Source: an uncultured Bacteroidota bacterium
Lineage (GTDB): Bacteria; Bacteroidota; Ignavibacteria; UBA10030; UBA6906
Length of the DNA: 64,000 nucleotides
NCBI GenBank assembly: GCA_963779225.1
Contig: CAVZWW010000001.1
Span: forward strand, 542,921-606,920
Direction: 5' to 3'
Shown here: piece after piece, positions 54,417 to 63,623 of the stretch
Numbering within the stretch: the stretch's first letter is position 1
Layout: each line of letters starts with the position of its first letter
Notes under the pieces: model-generated
Told to the model about the DNA's origin: nothing
Database searches by the model: none
The model's input: the letters and a program-made list of their open reading frames with translations, nothing else
Position numbers and translations under genes: made by a program

Positions 54417-56291
54417 ATGCAGGCGCTTCCTGAGATCGTCAGGTTCTTAAGCGGCATTGAACTGTTCACGGATCTGGAAGAGAACGAACAGAGTCAGCTG
54501 GCGGGTCTTGTACACGAACAGCACCTGCCGGCCGGGGCACTGGTCTTCGCGGAAAACACTCCCCGGCAGGGTCTGATCCTGATTCAGACCGGGGAGATCG
54601 AACTCTTCAAGCGGACGCCGTTCGGCGAAGAAAAACGTCTGGCCTACTTCCGCCAGGGAGATTTTCTCGGCGAAGGGGCACTGATGGATGAGGATCCTCA
54701 TTCCACATCGGCACGGGCACTCCATCCCGCAGTCATCCTTCTGATCAGCAGCGGGGACTTCTCGGCCCTGGCGCGCCGTAGCCCCACCCTTGGTGCGAAG
54801 GTGCTCTCCCGCATCGCCCGCGTCATCGTCCGGCGCATGCGCTCGACCACATCCAGAGTGATTGACGAAACCGCACAATATGTTTCCGGCCGGACTCGCA
54901 GGGAGCATGACCTCCTCGGTGACCGTGACGTGCCCCACGAGTTTTATTACGGCATACAAACACTCCGGGCAATCGAAAACTTTCCTATCAGCGGCATCAC
55001 GCTGGAGCTCTATCCGGCGCTGATTGCCGGGCTGGCGATCGTGAAAATGGCCGCAGCGCGCGCCAATGTGGATCTCGGGCTGATCACACCACCTGTCGGA
55101 GACGCCATCGGCAGGGCGTGCGGTGAAATCCTCCAGGGAAAGCTGCACAACCAGTTCGTGGTGGATATGATTCAGGGGGGAGCCGGGACTTCCACCAACA
55201 TGAATGCCAATGAAGTCATTGCCAACCGGGCGCTCGAATTGCTGGGGCACGAGAGAGGGGAGTACCGGTTCTGCCACCCGAACAATGACGTCAACTGCTC
55301 GCAGTCCACGAACGACGCCTATCCCACGGCATTGAAGATTGCGATTATCATGAGTAACGGGAAGCTCATTGAAGGACTCGAACAATTGATCGACTCGTTC
55401 CGTGTCAAGGCCCGGGAGTTTGCCCATGTCATAAAGATGGGGCGGACCCAGCTGCAGGATGCCGTGCCGATGACGCTGGGCCAGAGTTTTGAGGCGTATG
55501 CCGCAACCCTTGCCGAAGAAGTGGAACGGCTTGAACAGAACGCACGGCTCTTCCTCGAGGTTAATCTGGGCGGAACGGCGATCGGCACCGGCATTAACGC
55601 CGATCCTCTCTACAGCGAAAAGGCGGTCGGGCACCTGCGGTCGATTTCCGGGTTGGACGTGGTGCTCGCCCCGAACCTGGTGGAGGCGACGCAGGACACA
55701 GGCGCATTCGTCATCTATTCTTCGGCAGTGAAACGACTCGCGGTAAAGCTCTCGAAGATTTGCAACGACCTCAGGCTGCTTTCCTCCGGACCGCGTGCCG
55801 GTCTTTTTGAGATCAACCTTCCACCGATGCAGCCCGGTTCCTCCATCATGCCCGGGAAAGTCAACCCTGTTATCCCCGAAGTCATCAACCAGATCGCGTT
55901 CAAGGTGATCGGCAATGACCTGACGGTGACACTCGGCGCGGAAGCGGGCCAGCTGGAATTGAACGTGATGGAGCCGGTGATCGCGGAGTGCATATTTGAG
56001 TCGATCGAGATGCTCAAGAACGGCATGGCCACGCTCAAACACCGGTGCATCGACGGGATCACGGCAAACGAGAAACGGTGCCGTCTGATGGTGGAGAGGA
56101 GCATCGGCCTGGTGACGGCCCTGAACCCCGTGCTGGGTTATGAAACATGTACCGCGCTCGCCAGGGATGCGCTGGATCAGGAGAGAAGCGTATATGAGCT
56201 GGTGCTTGAACGCAACCTGCTCACACAGGAGGAGCTGGATCGTCTGATGGCGCCGGAATCCATGATCGCTCCCCAGCGGGCAAAACGCTAG
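54417..56291 (+). CDS. Cyclic-nucleotide-binding (CAP-effector) domain fused to aspartate ammonia-lyase (class II fumarase/aspartase family)
   Basis: Residues about 10-150: cNMP-binding fold with FRQGDFLGEGALMDEDPHSTSARAL (G-E…R-A phosphate-binding cassette). Residues about 165-624: aspartase, with EHDLLGDRDVPHEFYYGIQTLRAIENF, QGGAGTSTNMNANEVIANRALELLG, CSQSTNDAYPTALKIA, and the lyase signature GSSIMPGKVNPV. Confidence 0.8.
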   Translation: MQALPEIVRFLSGIELFTDLEENEQSQLAGLVHEQHLPAGALVFAENTPRQGLILIQTGEIELFKRTPFGEEKRLAYFRQGDFLGEGALMDEDPHSTSARALHPAVILLISSGDFSALARRSPTLGAKVLSRIARVIVRRMRSTTSRVIDETAQYVSGRTRREHDLLGDRDVPHEFYYGIQTLRAIENFPISGITLELYPALIAGLAIVKMAAARANVDLGLITPPVGDAIGRACGEILQGKLHNQFVVDMIQGGAGTSTNMNANEVIANRALELLGHERGEYRFCHPNNDVNCSQSTNDAYPTALKIAIIMSNGKLIEGLEQLIDSFRVKAREFAHVIKMGRTQLQDAVPMTLGQSFEAYAATLAEEVERLEQNARLFLEVNLGGTAIGTGINADPLYSEKAVGHLRSISGLDVVLAPNLVEATQDTGAFVIYSSAVKRLAVKLSKICNDLRLLSSGPRAGLFEINLPPMQPGSSIMPGKVNPVIPEVINQIAFKVIGNDLTVTLGAEAGQLELNVMEPVIAECIFESIEMLKNGMATLKHRCIDGITANEKRCRLMVERSIGLVTALNPVLGYETCTALARDALDQERSVYELVLERNLLTQEELDRLMAPESMIAPQRAKR

Positions 56292-56360
56292 AGCTGTTCC
56301 AGCCGGATCGGTGAATACCGGATAGATAACGAAACCTTGTACACGTACAGAAGGTTGAAG

Positions 56361-57848
56361 ATGCGGCAACATACGGCTACTCTCCTCCTTGCTTTTGCCT
56401 TCTCCTCCAACGTCCTTGTAGCGCAGCTCTCCACACCGCTTGAAGTCAAGGACTTCGTCAGGGCGACGGAACACGCGGAGATGCTGGAGTTCCTGCGGGC
56501 GGCTGACGGGGTTTCGGACAGAATCTCGCTGGAGACGGCAGGGAAATCGGCGTTGGGGCGGGAGATCCCTCTGGTCATCCTGCGCCACCCGTCAGATACA
56601 AACGGATCCCCGCGGCTGCGCGTGCTGCTTTTCTGCCAGCAGCACGGCAACGAGCCCTCGGGGAAGGAAGCGGCGTTGATGTTGATAGCCCGCGCGGCAT
56701 CCGGAATGCTGGACACGCTCCTGGCGCGGATGGACCTGTTGGTGATTCCTTCCGTCAATCCGGACGGAAATGAAGCGGGCAAACGTCAGAATGGAAACGG
56801 TGCCGACCTCAACCGTGACCACCTGCTCCTCTCACAGCCCGAGACACAGGTCGTTCATGCGGTATTCAACCGGTGGAAACCTGAAGTGACCCTCGATGTG
56901 CATGAGTTCGGGGCCCTCGGAAGGGAATGGATGGAAGCCGGGTATGTTCGGGCCATGGATGAACAGTTCGGCACCCCCACGAATCCGAACGTTCCCCAAT
57001 CTCTTGTCCGGTTCGGTCTCGAGCAGATGTTCCCCGTTCTGGATGCGGAGCTTCGGGAACAGGGAGTGCGGTTTTTCAATTATATCATCATCGACGGGCC
57101 GCGGGATAACCCGCGTCATAGCACCACCGCCATCAATGACGGCCGGCAGAGCTTCGCAATTCTGAACACGTTTTCGTTTATTCTTGAAGGGCGGAACGGC
57201 AGGACCATGCACGAGGATCTGGCCCGTCGCACGAAGGGACAGGCCGTCGCGATCACGGCATTTCTCAGATTCGTGGCGAGCCGGGCCGGGGAAATCCGCG
57301 TCCTGGTCCGGGAAGAACGCTTCAAGAATCTTGCCCGGAAGGACTCCGTTGCGCTGGTGATGGATCACGTACATGACGGATCGGTGATCGCCATCCCCGT
57401 GAGAACAGTCCCCGGTGGCAATGACTCGACGGTGTCCGTGCCTTACCGGCCGGTCGTGAAGACCTTTGTGAAGGTTGGACGTCCGCAAGGGTATGTGCTC
57501 CCGCAAACGTTGACAGGCGTGCTGGAGATCCTGGAGCGTCACGGGGTTGAATTCCGGATGTTGCAGCGCGACACCACACTGGAAGTGGAAACCACCGTTA
57601 TTACGCGGGTGGATACGGTGGAGCGCGAAGGAATGAATACTCTCCTTCCTTGGTACACGGTCCGGAAAGCACAACGGCAGTTCCAGATCGGGGATGTTTT
57701 TGTTCCCCTTGCACAGCTCCATTCCACGATGCTGGTGATCGCCCTTGAACCGGCCTCTATGTGGGGTCTGGTCCAGGAAAGCCTGTTCACGCCGTGGCGT
57801 GCTGCAGGCCTTGAATATCCGGTGTACCGTCTGCCGTTGCAGGAGTAA
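56361..57848 (+). CDS. Secreted M14-family zinc carboxypeptidase
   Basis: Signal peptide MRQHTATLLLAFAFSSNVLVAQ; Zn-binding motif LLFCQQHGNEPSG (HxxE). Confidence 0.7.
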   Translation: MRQHTATLLLAFAFSSNVLVAQLSTPLEVKDFVRATEHAEMLEFLRAADGVSDRISLETAGKSALGREIPLVILRHPSDTNGSPRLRVLLFCQQHGNEPSGKEAALMLIARAASGMLDTLLARMDLLVIPSVNPDGNEAGKRQNGNGADLNRDHLLLSQPETQVVHAVFNRWKPEVTLDVHEFGALGREWMEAGYVRAMDEQFGTPTNPNVPQSLVRFGLEQMFPVLDAELREQGVRFFNYIIIDGPRDNPRHSTTAINDGRQSFAILNTFSFILEGRNGRTMHEDLARRTKGQAVAITAFLRFVASRAGEIRVLVREERFKNLARKDSVALVMDHVHDGSVIAIPVRTVPGGNDSTVSVPYRPVVKTFVKVGRPQGYVLPQTLTGVLEILERHGVEFRMLQRDTTLEVETTVITRVDTVEREGMNTLLPWYTVRKAQRQFQIGDVFVPLAQLHSTMLVIALEPASMWGLVQESLFTPWRAAGLEYPVYRLPLQE

Positions 57849-58008
57849 GCCGCATCGCGTTCCCGTACTAGTCGTACGCCTCCCGTTGTCGCCGGGTGGG
57901 CGGGGCCTGATGCAATCGAGCTTCCTCTACGACTCATGGAAGCCGGGACGCCCGGTTGTCCGGGCCGGCGGATCAGTTAATTCTTCTTTCCCTCTCTCTG
58001 GAGATCAC

Positions 58009-59238
58009 ATGCGCGTTCCTGTGCTGGTTATCATCATGTATATCTTCGTTGTATCACAGAGTATTGCCTGTACATCGGCGGTCATCTCCGGCAAAGCGAC
58101 AAAGGACGGGCGTCCTTTGCTCTGGAAGCAGCGCGACACAGGTACCCTGGAAAACAAGCTGGTGTCTTCCCGCGGAGAGCGGTACCGGTTTCTTGGTGTT
58201 CATGATCTGACCGATTCCGCGAACGCAGAGTGTTTCATGGGGAGCAATGAAGTCGGGTTCAGCATCATCAACACCGCCTCGTACAACCTCTCGTATGAAA
58301 AGTATCAGGGGAAGATGGACGAAGAAGGTGTGCTGATGAAGCAGGCCCTGGGGACGTGCAGGACCCTGGCGGATTTTGAGCAATTGCTGATTGATACACG
58401 TGGCAAACGGGGCGTCGAAGCGAACTTCGGTGTGATTGACGCGGCAGGGGGGGCGGCATATTACGAAACGGACCCGTACGCGTTCAAGAAGTTTGATGCC
58501 AATGATCCTGTTGCCGCCCCGCGCGGATATCTGCTGCGCACGAATTTCTCCGCATCCGGAGCTCCTGAACACGGCCAGGGATATATCCGTTTTCAGACCG
58601 CAACCGATCTCTTCCAGTGGGCATATCTCGGAGAGGGATTGTCCGTGGATTTTCTCCTGCTCGAGGGAACAGTCTGTTTCACGCACTCGCTTGTCGGGAC
58701 CAATCTGGCGAAGGACAATCTTCCGGAGTCGGAGGACGTTCGCACAATGGTGAATTTTGCCGATTTCATCCCGCGGTATTCGACGTCCGCGTCTATGGTT
58801 ATTCAGGGAGTGAAGCCTGATGAGGATGTTGCGCTAACCACGTTATGGATCGTTCTCGGCTCACCGCTGACGACGCCTGTCGTTCCGGTGTGGGTGAAGT
58901 ACGCGGAAGCGGTCCCCTCAATCTGGATTGCCAGGGGAGCCGAGCCGGCGCAGGTCAACGATGTGTCCCTCAAGATCAAAGCGCGTTGCTTTCCCCTGAA
59001 AACCTCTGAAGGAAAGTACTACCTCGACCTGGCGAAGGTGCTGAACAGGCAGGGAACGGGAACGGTCCAGCAGCTGCGCGACACGGACGAGAAGATCCTC
59101 GGGCTCGGCCATCAGGCGGTCGAATCCTTCCGCAAGAAGATGCCGTCCGTGTCTGATGTGCGGGTGCTGTATGCGGGCGTGGAGAAACTGGTGGTGGCCT
59201 ATTTCAGCCGGTTCGGATATCCGGTGGTACATCCATAG
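58009..59238 (+). CDS. Secreted N-terminal-nucleophile (Ntn) hydrolase with catalytic Cys after signal cleavage (C69/C45-like peptidase/acylase)
   Basis: Signal peptide MRVPVLVIIMYIFVVSQSIA | CTSAVISGKATKDGRPLLWKQRD. Cys1 then basic residues and Asp is characteristic of Ntn cysteine hydrolases. Confidence 0.45.
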   Translation: MRVPVLVIIMYIFVVSQSIACTSAVISGKATKDGRPLLWKQRDTGTLENKLVSSRGERYRFLGVHDLTDSANAECFMGSNEVGFSIINTASYNLSYEKYQGKMDEEGVLMKQALGTCRTLADFEQLLIDTRGKRGVEANFGVIDAAGGAAYYETDPYAFKKFDANDPVAAPRGYLLRTNFSASGAPEHGQGYIRFQTATDLFQWAYLGEGLSVDFLLLEGTVCFTHSLVGTNLAKDNLPESEDVRTMVNFADFIPRYSTSASMVIQGVKPDEDVALTTLWIVLGSPLTTPVVPVWVKYAEAVPSIWIARGAEPAQVNDVSLKIKARCFPLKTSEGKYYLDLAKVLNRQGTGTVQQLRDTDEKILGLGHQAVESFRKKMPSVSDVRVLYAGVEKLVVAYFSRFGYPVVHP

Positions 59239-59288
59239 CCGGCCGGCGGGCGGGCATGTGATCCTGCGTGAGGTCGCCGAAGCGCGGA

Positions 59289-61922
59289 TTATTCCCGTTC
59301 AGCACCGCTGGCGGGCGGACGTATGATCTGGCCGAAAAAGACCGCGTTGAGAAGGATTTTTTCCGAGCCGAGCCAGAATCCCCTGAAGGAAGGGTTGTCG
59401 GTGATTTGTACGACGCGTCCGGAGCCGAGCCCGCTTACCACCACAGCCGCACTGTTCCCCAGGGCCTTCTGATGCTCCTTTGCCATGTACCCGCTGACTA
59501 GCAGTGAGCCGGTGTATACCACCGGTGTCGCATAGGGATCGCGGGAAGGTTCCAGCGCAAGTGTGTTCACACGGCAGAGGTGAAGCCGGTCACCCTCAAT
59601 ACCGTAGCAGATCGGATGTGTTGAATCGAAGGATGCCTCCACAATGGCCCCGTTGATCTGCTGCGCGGCTTCTGCGTCTCTTCTGCTTTCGAAGGGGCGC
59701 CGGGCAACGCCGCTATCCATGCGCGCCTCCGCGGCCGGCCGGAATCGCAACGTGGCGAGATTCTTCCGGGCAAGCCACTCACCCGCGTTCTCCAGGCTCA
59801 CAACCGTCCCGCCTTTCTCCAGCCAGATCCGTATGGCGGCCACTCCGGAAGAATCCACCTGTGTGTAGTTGCCGCCGGGCATGATAATCACCGAATATCT
59901 GTCGAGGGCTGTCCGGTTCAATTGTGCCGGCTCGACCAGTGTCACCGTCATACCGATGCGCTGATCCAGCAGGTGCCACACCTCGCCGGCATCGTTGCTC
60001 CGTACACCGGGCCCTGCTACCAGAAGGACGCGGGGTAGCGCAACGGGCCGCATCGCATCACTTCCGAGATCAACTCCCTCCTCGGCCTGACCTGTGCCGA
60101 GGCCGTACGTCATGATACCTTCGGCGCGGATTGCACGCTCGACAATTGTGCGAATGGTATCACTCTTCTGCGGCTGGATGCCGAGGGGAATGATGATGGT
60201 GCCGAAACCGAAGCGGACCGGCGCCGGGATTCCCTCGACCTTCGCCAAAAACCCCCGTGAAGCGCTCCGCGCGCGAACACCTGCAGCAAGAAGTTGGTGC
60301 AGGAGGCGTGGTGCGTTCTGCTGTGACCAGGGGAATGCATACGCAACCGGATCCGCGGGCCCCCGGTAGAATCCCGTTGCCGGAAGTTGGCGGGACACCT
60401 CCTTGCCGCGGATCTCTGCCGGGATGGCGTTCAGTCCGGCATAGGGAACACCGTATGCAAGGGGGAGGGTCCATGAGGAAATGTCGTAGAATACACTGTC
60501 TGTGAATTGCGTGCGTTTCTCGAACAATGACGTCAGGAGTCGATACTGCGGCTGGACCGCGTCGAGAACAAAAGCCGAACCGGGGAGATAGCGTGTCCCG
60601 GCGGCGTCATACGGTAGGGCGAGTTCATGGACGATGATGTGATGCCTGCGGAGGAGGTCAACCAGGAGGCGGCCGCGCACCGGGTCAACGGCAGAGCCGA
60701 AGACATATCCGCGGATGGAGGCGCGCGACGCTTCATGGACGGCCTCCCGGAAAAACTCCTGCTGGTAGGTAAGGAAATCGATACGATGCCCGGACACCGC
60801 ATCCAGCGCTGTCAGCGCGGACGTCACGTGATTACGGATTGCATCGGGGAATTCGAGCACACCATCCGTCTGTTCCTGTCGATGTCCTCTGACGCTGGCC
60901 TGTTCAAAGAGGATGCCGACCGAACCGGTGACATCGGTGTAGGAAGATCCTTTGCCTATGAAAAAGTCGTCGAAAATTTCCCTGGAAAAATACAGCGATC
61001 CGATTCTGTCCAGTGCCGCCGCAAAATACCGGCTCAGGAGAGCGGTGAGCTTCTGGTTGCCAGCGGTGATCTGAGGGTGGATGGCAGAGGGTTTCCCCGG
61101 CTGGAAGAAGTAGGTTGAGTTGGTCCCCATTTCATGGAAGTCGAGCAGGAGGTTGGGCATCCAGCGGTAATACTGCTCAAGCCGGGCGCGGGATTCCGGA
61201 TGCACCAGCGGAAAATAGTCTCTGTTGAGATCAAACCAGTAATGATTGGTACGGCCGGAGGGCCAGGGTTCCTGATGCTCCCGCGTGGCCGGGTCAGCCA
61301 CCGGTTGTGCCCCCCGGTTGCCGTTCACCCAGGTGACGAACCGGTCGTAGCCGTCCGGATTGATGCACGGGTCGATCAGGATGACGGTGTTCCGGAGTTG
61401 TTCTTCTATGGCCGGCCCCTGGGCTGCTGCAAGGAAGTACGCCACCAGAGGGGTGGCATTTGCCCCGCTTGCTTCGTTGCCATGGACGCTGAATCCCATC
61501 CAGAGAACAGCTGGCAGCACAGCGGGATCGGTCTTCTGTCCTGCCGCGGGGTTACCGAGGGCGAGATGTTGAGTCCGGATCTTCTCGAGCTGTAGGTGAT
61601 TATCCGGATGCGTGACGGTCAGGAGTACCAGCGCACGCTGCTCATAAGTCCGTCCGTATTCCTGCAACGTCAAACGGTCGGACGCAGCATCCAGCGCCTT
61701 CAGATATTCCAGCAACTGATCATGCCGGATGTGCCAGTCGCCCACCGGGAAACCAAAAAACGATTCCGGCGTCGGAATCACAGGATCATATTGTATCCCC
61801 GCGGGCAGACCCCGGGGGGGCAGCTCTTGAGGAATCGACCCCGGAGGCTGATTCTGAGCGGAAACAGGGTATGCGGCGATCAGAAGAGCCGGAATCAGAA
61901 ACAGAAGGCGAGATGCGTGCAT
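59289..61922 (-). CDS. Large secreted M14-like peptidase
   Basis: Signal peptide MHASRLLFLIPALLIAAYPVSAQ; Zn site VLWMGFSVHGNEASGANATPLVAYF (HxxE); about 875 aa, typical of Bacteroidota-type multi-domain M14 proteins. Confidence 0.6.
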   Translation of the reverse strand: MHASRLLFLIPALLIAAYPVSAQNQPPGSIPQELPPRGLPAGIQYDPVIPTPESFFGFPVGDWHIRHDQLLEYLKALDAASDRLTLQEYGRTYEQRALVLLTVTHPDNHLQLEKIRTQHLALGNPAAGQKTDPAVLPAVLWMGFSVHGNEASGANATPLVAYFLAAAQGPAIEEQLRNTVILIDPCINPDGYDRFVTWVNGNRGAQPVADPATREHQEPWPSGRTNHYWFDLNRDYFPLVHPESRARLEQYYRWMPNLLLDFHEMGTNSTYFFQPGKPSAIHPQITAGNQKLTALLSRYFAAALDRIGSLYFSREIFDDFFIGKGSSYTDVTGSVGILFEQASVRGHRQEQTDGVLEFPDAIRNHVTSALTALDAVSGHRIDFLTYQQEFFREAVHEASRASIRGYVFGSAVDPVRGRLLVDLLRRHHIIVHELALPYDAAGTRYLPGSAFVLDAVQPQYRLLTSLFEKRTQFTDSVFYDISSWTLPLAYGVPYAGLNAIPAEIRGKEVSRQLPATGFYRGPADPVAYAFPWSQQNAPRLLHQLLAAGVRARSASRGFLAKVEGIPAPVRFGFGTIIIPLGIQPQKSDTIRTIVERAIRAEGIMTYGLGTGQAEEGVDLGSDAMRPVALPRVLLVAGPGVRSNDAGEVWHLLDQRIGMTVTLVEPAQLNRTALDRYSVIIMPGGNYTQVDSSGVAAIRIWLEKGGTVVSLENAGEWLARKNLATLRFRPAAEARMDSGVARRPFESRRDAEAAQQINGAIVEASFDSTHPICYGIEGDRLHLCRVNTLALEPSRDPYATPVVYTGSLLVSGYMAKEHQKALGNSAAVVVSGLGSGRVVQITDNPSFRGFWLGSEKILLNAVFFGQIIRPPASGAERE

Positions 61923-61975
61923 GGTGGGGAGACCCGGGTCAGTGTGTGGTCGGTTGGATCCGCTAAGGAGTTCCG

Positions 61976-63274
61976 TCATCTGGCGAGCAGCAACGGGTGT
62001 GTGACGATCCGGCCGTCTGCCGCGAGGCGGCAGTAATAGACGCCGCTGGGTTGTCTCTCCGCGTGCCAGACGACCTCATGTATCCCGGGTGATTGAAGGC
62101 CCGAAACCAGCACTGCTACCTCCTGGCCGAGGAGATTATAGATCGTGATGTGTGTTGAGGTAGTGCGGTCGAGTTCAAAACGAATCGTCGTTGCGGGATT
62201 AAACGGATTTGGATAGTTCTGGAACAGCCGGAAATGGAAGTCCTGTGCAGGTTGAACCGTGGTAGGAGTTTCGGGGAATGTGAGACCGACGGCGGTGGCC
62301 AGAATTCCCCAATGCTCTTTGGTGTCCCGCAGTCCAAGATACTTCTGTTCGAGGTGCAGGAAGCGTCCATTGGCGCTCGTTGCGGAGATTCCGCATGGAG
62401 AGGAGCTGCCATTGATGAGCCGTCCCTGAGTGCTGGTTGTCGCGATCAGGCGTGTCCAGTCGGTATCCACATGGGCAACCTTGAATTTCAGCGATGGATC
62501 TACGAGAAGGAGATTGTCACGCAGCGCGAGGAGATCGTCGCCGCCGGGCGGCGGTGCTTTTTGCGTACCGTTGCTCATGATGATGTCGGGGTCCCCCTGC
62601 AGCTGCGCAAAGCCGTGAGGCTGGAGGAAGACACAGCTGTCGATGCACGTCAAAGCGGCCTCGGTAGATTTCTGGAACGTACCGTCCACGACGTGTGCCT
62701 GATCGGATTGTCGATACGGGTCATTGCTGGTGCCGCAAGCGGTAGTTGTGCCGCTGCACGGGGACGGGAGGGCGTTGTTGCACCGGTGGGTGCCGCTGAG
62801 AAAAAAGGCCCGGGCTTGCACGGTGAAAAAGACATACCATCCCTGATATCCGGTCTTTGAGTCGTAAAGCGGATGCGGGACCTGTATGATCAGCCGTGGC
62901 CTGACGGGAGAGACGGCAAAGACATATGTGCCCCAGTGGTTGCCGGAAGATGGGCTCTTTTCCAGGACGTAGTATTTTCGTTCAATCAGTGTGGAGGTGT
63001 CGGTGTAGTCCAGAAGGAGATAGCCGAGGGGGGGGGCCTGTGCCGCTGCCAGTGAAATGTCCCCCTGCAGGATTGTCTCCACCATGGTTCGCCACTGGGA
63101 TTGCTGGGTTGTTCCGGGTGGTTGATACTGTCCGGTTCCGGACCCCGCGGGTATGGCGGCGATGAGGCTGTCCACATGTGAGGTGAGGTCCCCGCGAACG
63201 GTGGTCTGCGCATTTGTCGCAGAGGCGCAGAGGAGGATAGTGAGGAGGAGGCGATAGGTCATTGTGAGATTCAT
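61976..63274 (-). CDS. T9SS-secreted protein of unknown function
   Basis: Signal peptide MNLTMTYRLLLTILLCASATNAQ; C-terminal sorting domain FRLFQNYPNPFNPATTIRFELD…GVYYCRLAADGRIV. Confidence 0.45.
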   Translation of the reverse strand: MNLTMTYRLLLTILLCASATNAQTTVRGDLTSHVDSLIAAIPAGSGTGQYQPPGTTQQSQWRTMVETILQGDISLAAAQAPPLGYLLLDYTDTSTLIERKYYVLEKSPSSGNHWGTYVFAVSPVRPRLIIQVPHPLYDSKTGYQGWYVFFTVQARAFFLSGTHRCNNALPSPCSGTTTACGTSNDPYRQSDQAHVVDGTFQKSTEAALTCIDSCVFLQPHGFAQLQGDPDIIMSNGTQKAPPPGGDDLLALRDNLLLVDPSLKFKVAHVDTDWTRLIATTSTQGRLINGSSSPCGISATSANGRFLHLEQKYLGLRDTKEHWGILATAVGLTFPETPTTVQPAQDFHFRLFQNYPNPFNPATTIRFELDRTTSTHITIYNLLGQEVAVLVSGLQSPGIHEVVWHAERQPSGVYYCRLAADGRIVTHPLLLAR

Positions 63275-63623
63275 GATACGATCTCCGGCTGCGAATATCA
63301 AATCAGGTTCAGAACTCAGGCTGAGCCACAGGCTGAGCCTCAGGGTGAGGCACACGTGCATCACGTGCATTTTGTCTCACGTTGAGTTTCTATGTGGGAA
63401 AACTGCACATTAAAGTGTGCGGAATCTGCACATTGTCCGATCTCCGATGGCAAAAATGGATGAAAAAGTGTATTATCCATATGGTACACTGTTTGAATCT
63501 TGTTATGTCGCGATTTTCCTCACCCGGCAACTGCAGAGCCGGGAAACACTCCCATCATGGATCTTTGCGCATCTCCCGTAGATGTCGCCGGCTTATTTCT
63601 CACCAACCTTCAAGGAGCCAAAC

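Noticed and set aside
54406-54421. GGGCAC-attgc-ATGCA, a sigma54-like -24/-12 match next to the sigma54 two-component genes
   Set aside because: It overlaps the ATG of the cNMP-aspartase ORF, so a transcript from it would start inside the gene. It is most likely chance, unless the true start is a downstream Met.
63296-63304. When I hand-translated the displayed bases (…gaatatcaatcagg…) on the minus strand I obtained an in-frame TGA inside the 61976-63370 ORF, which would imply a frameshift or pseudogene
   Set aside because: The supplied ORF track, computed from the actual sequence, reports a continuous ORF, and every other frame check I did agreed with the track. This is most likely my own transcription or indexing slip of a single A, so I did not call a pseudogene.
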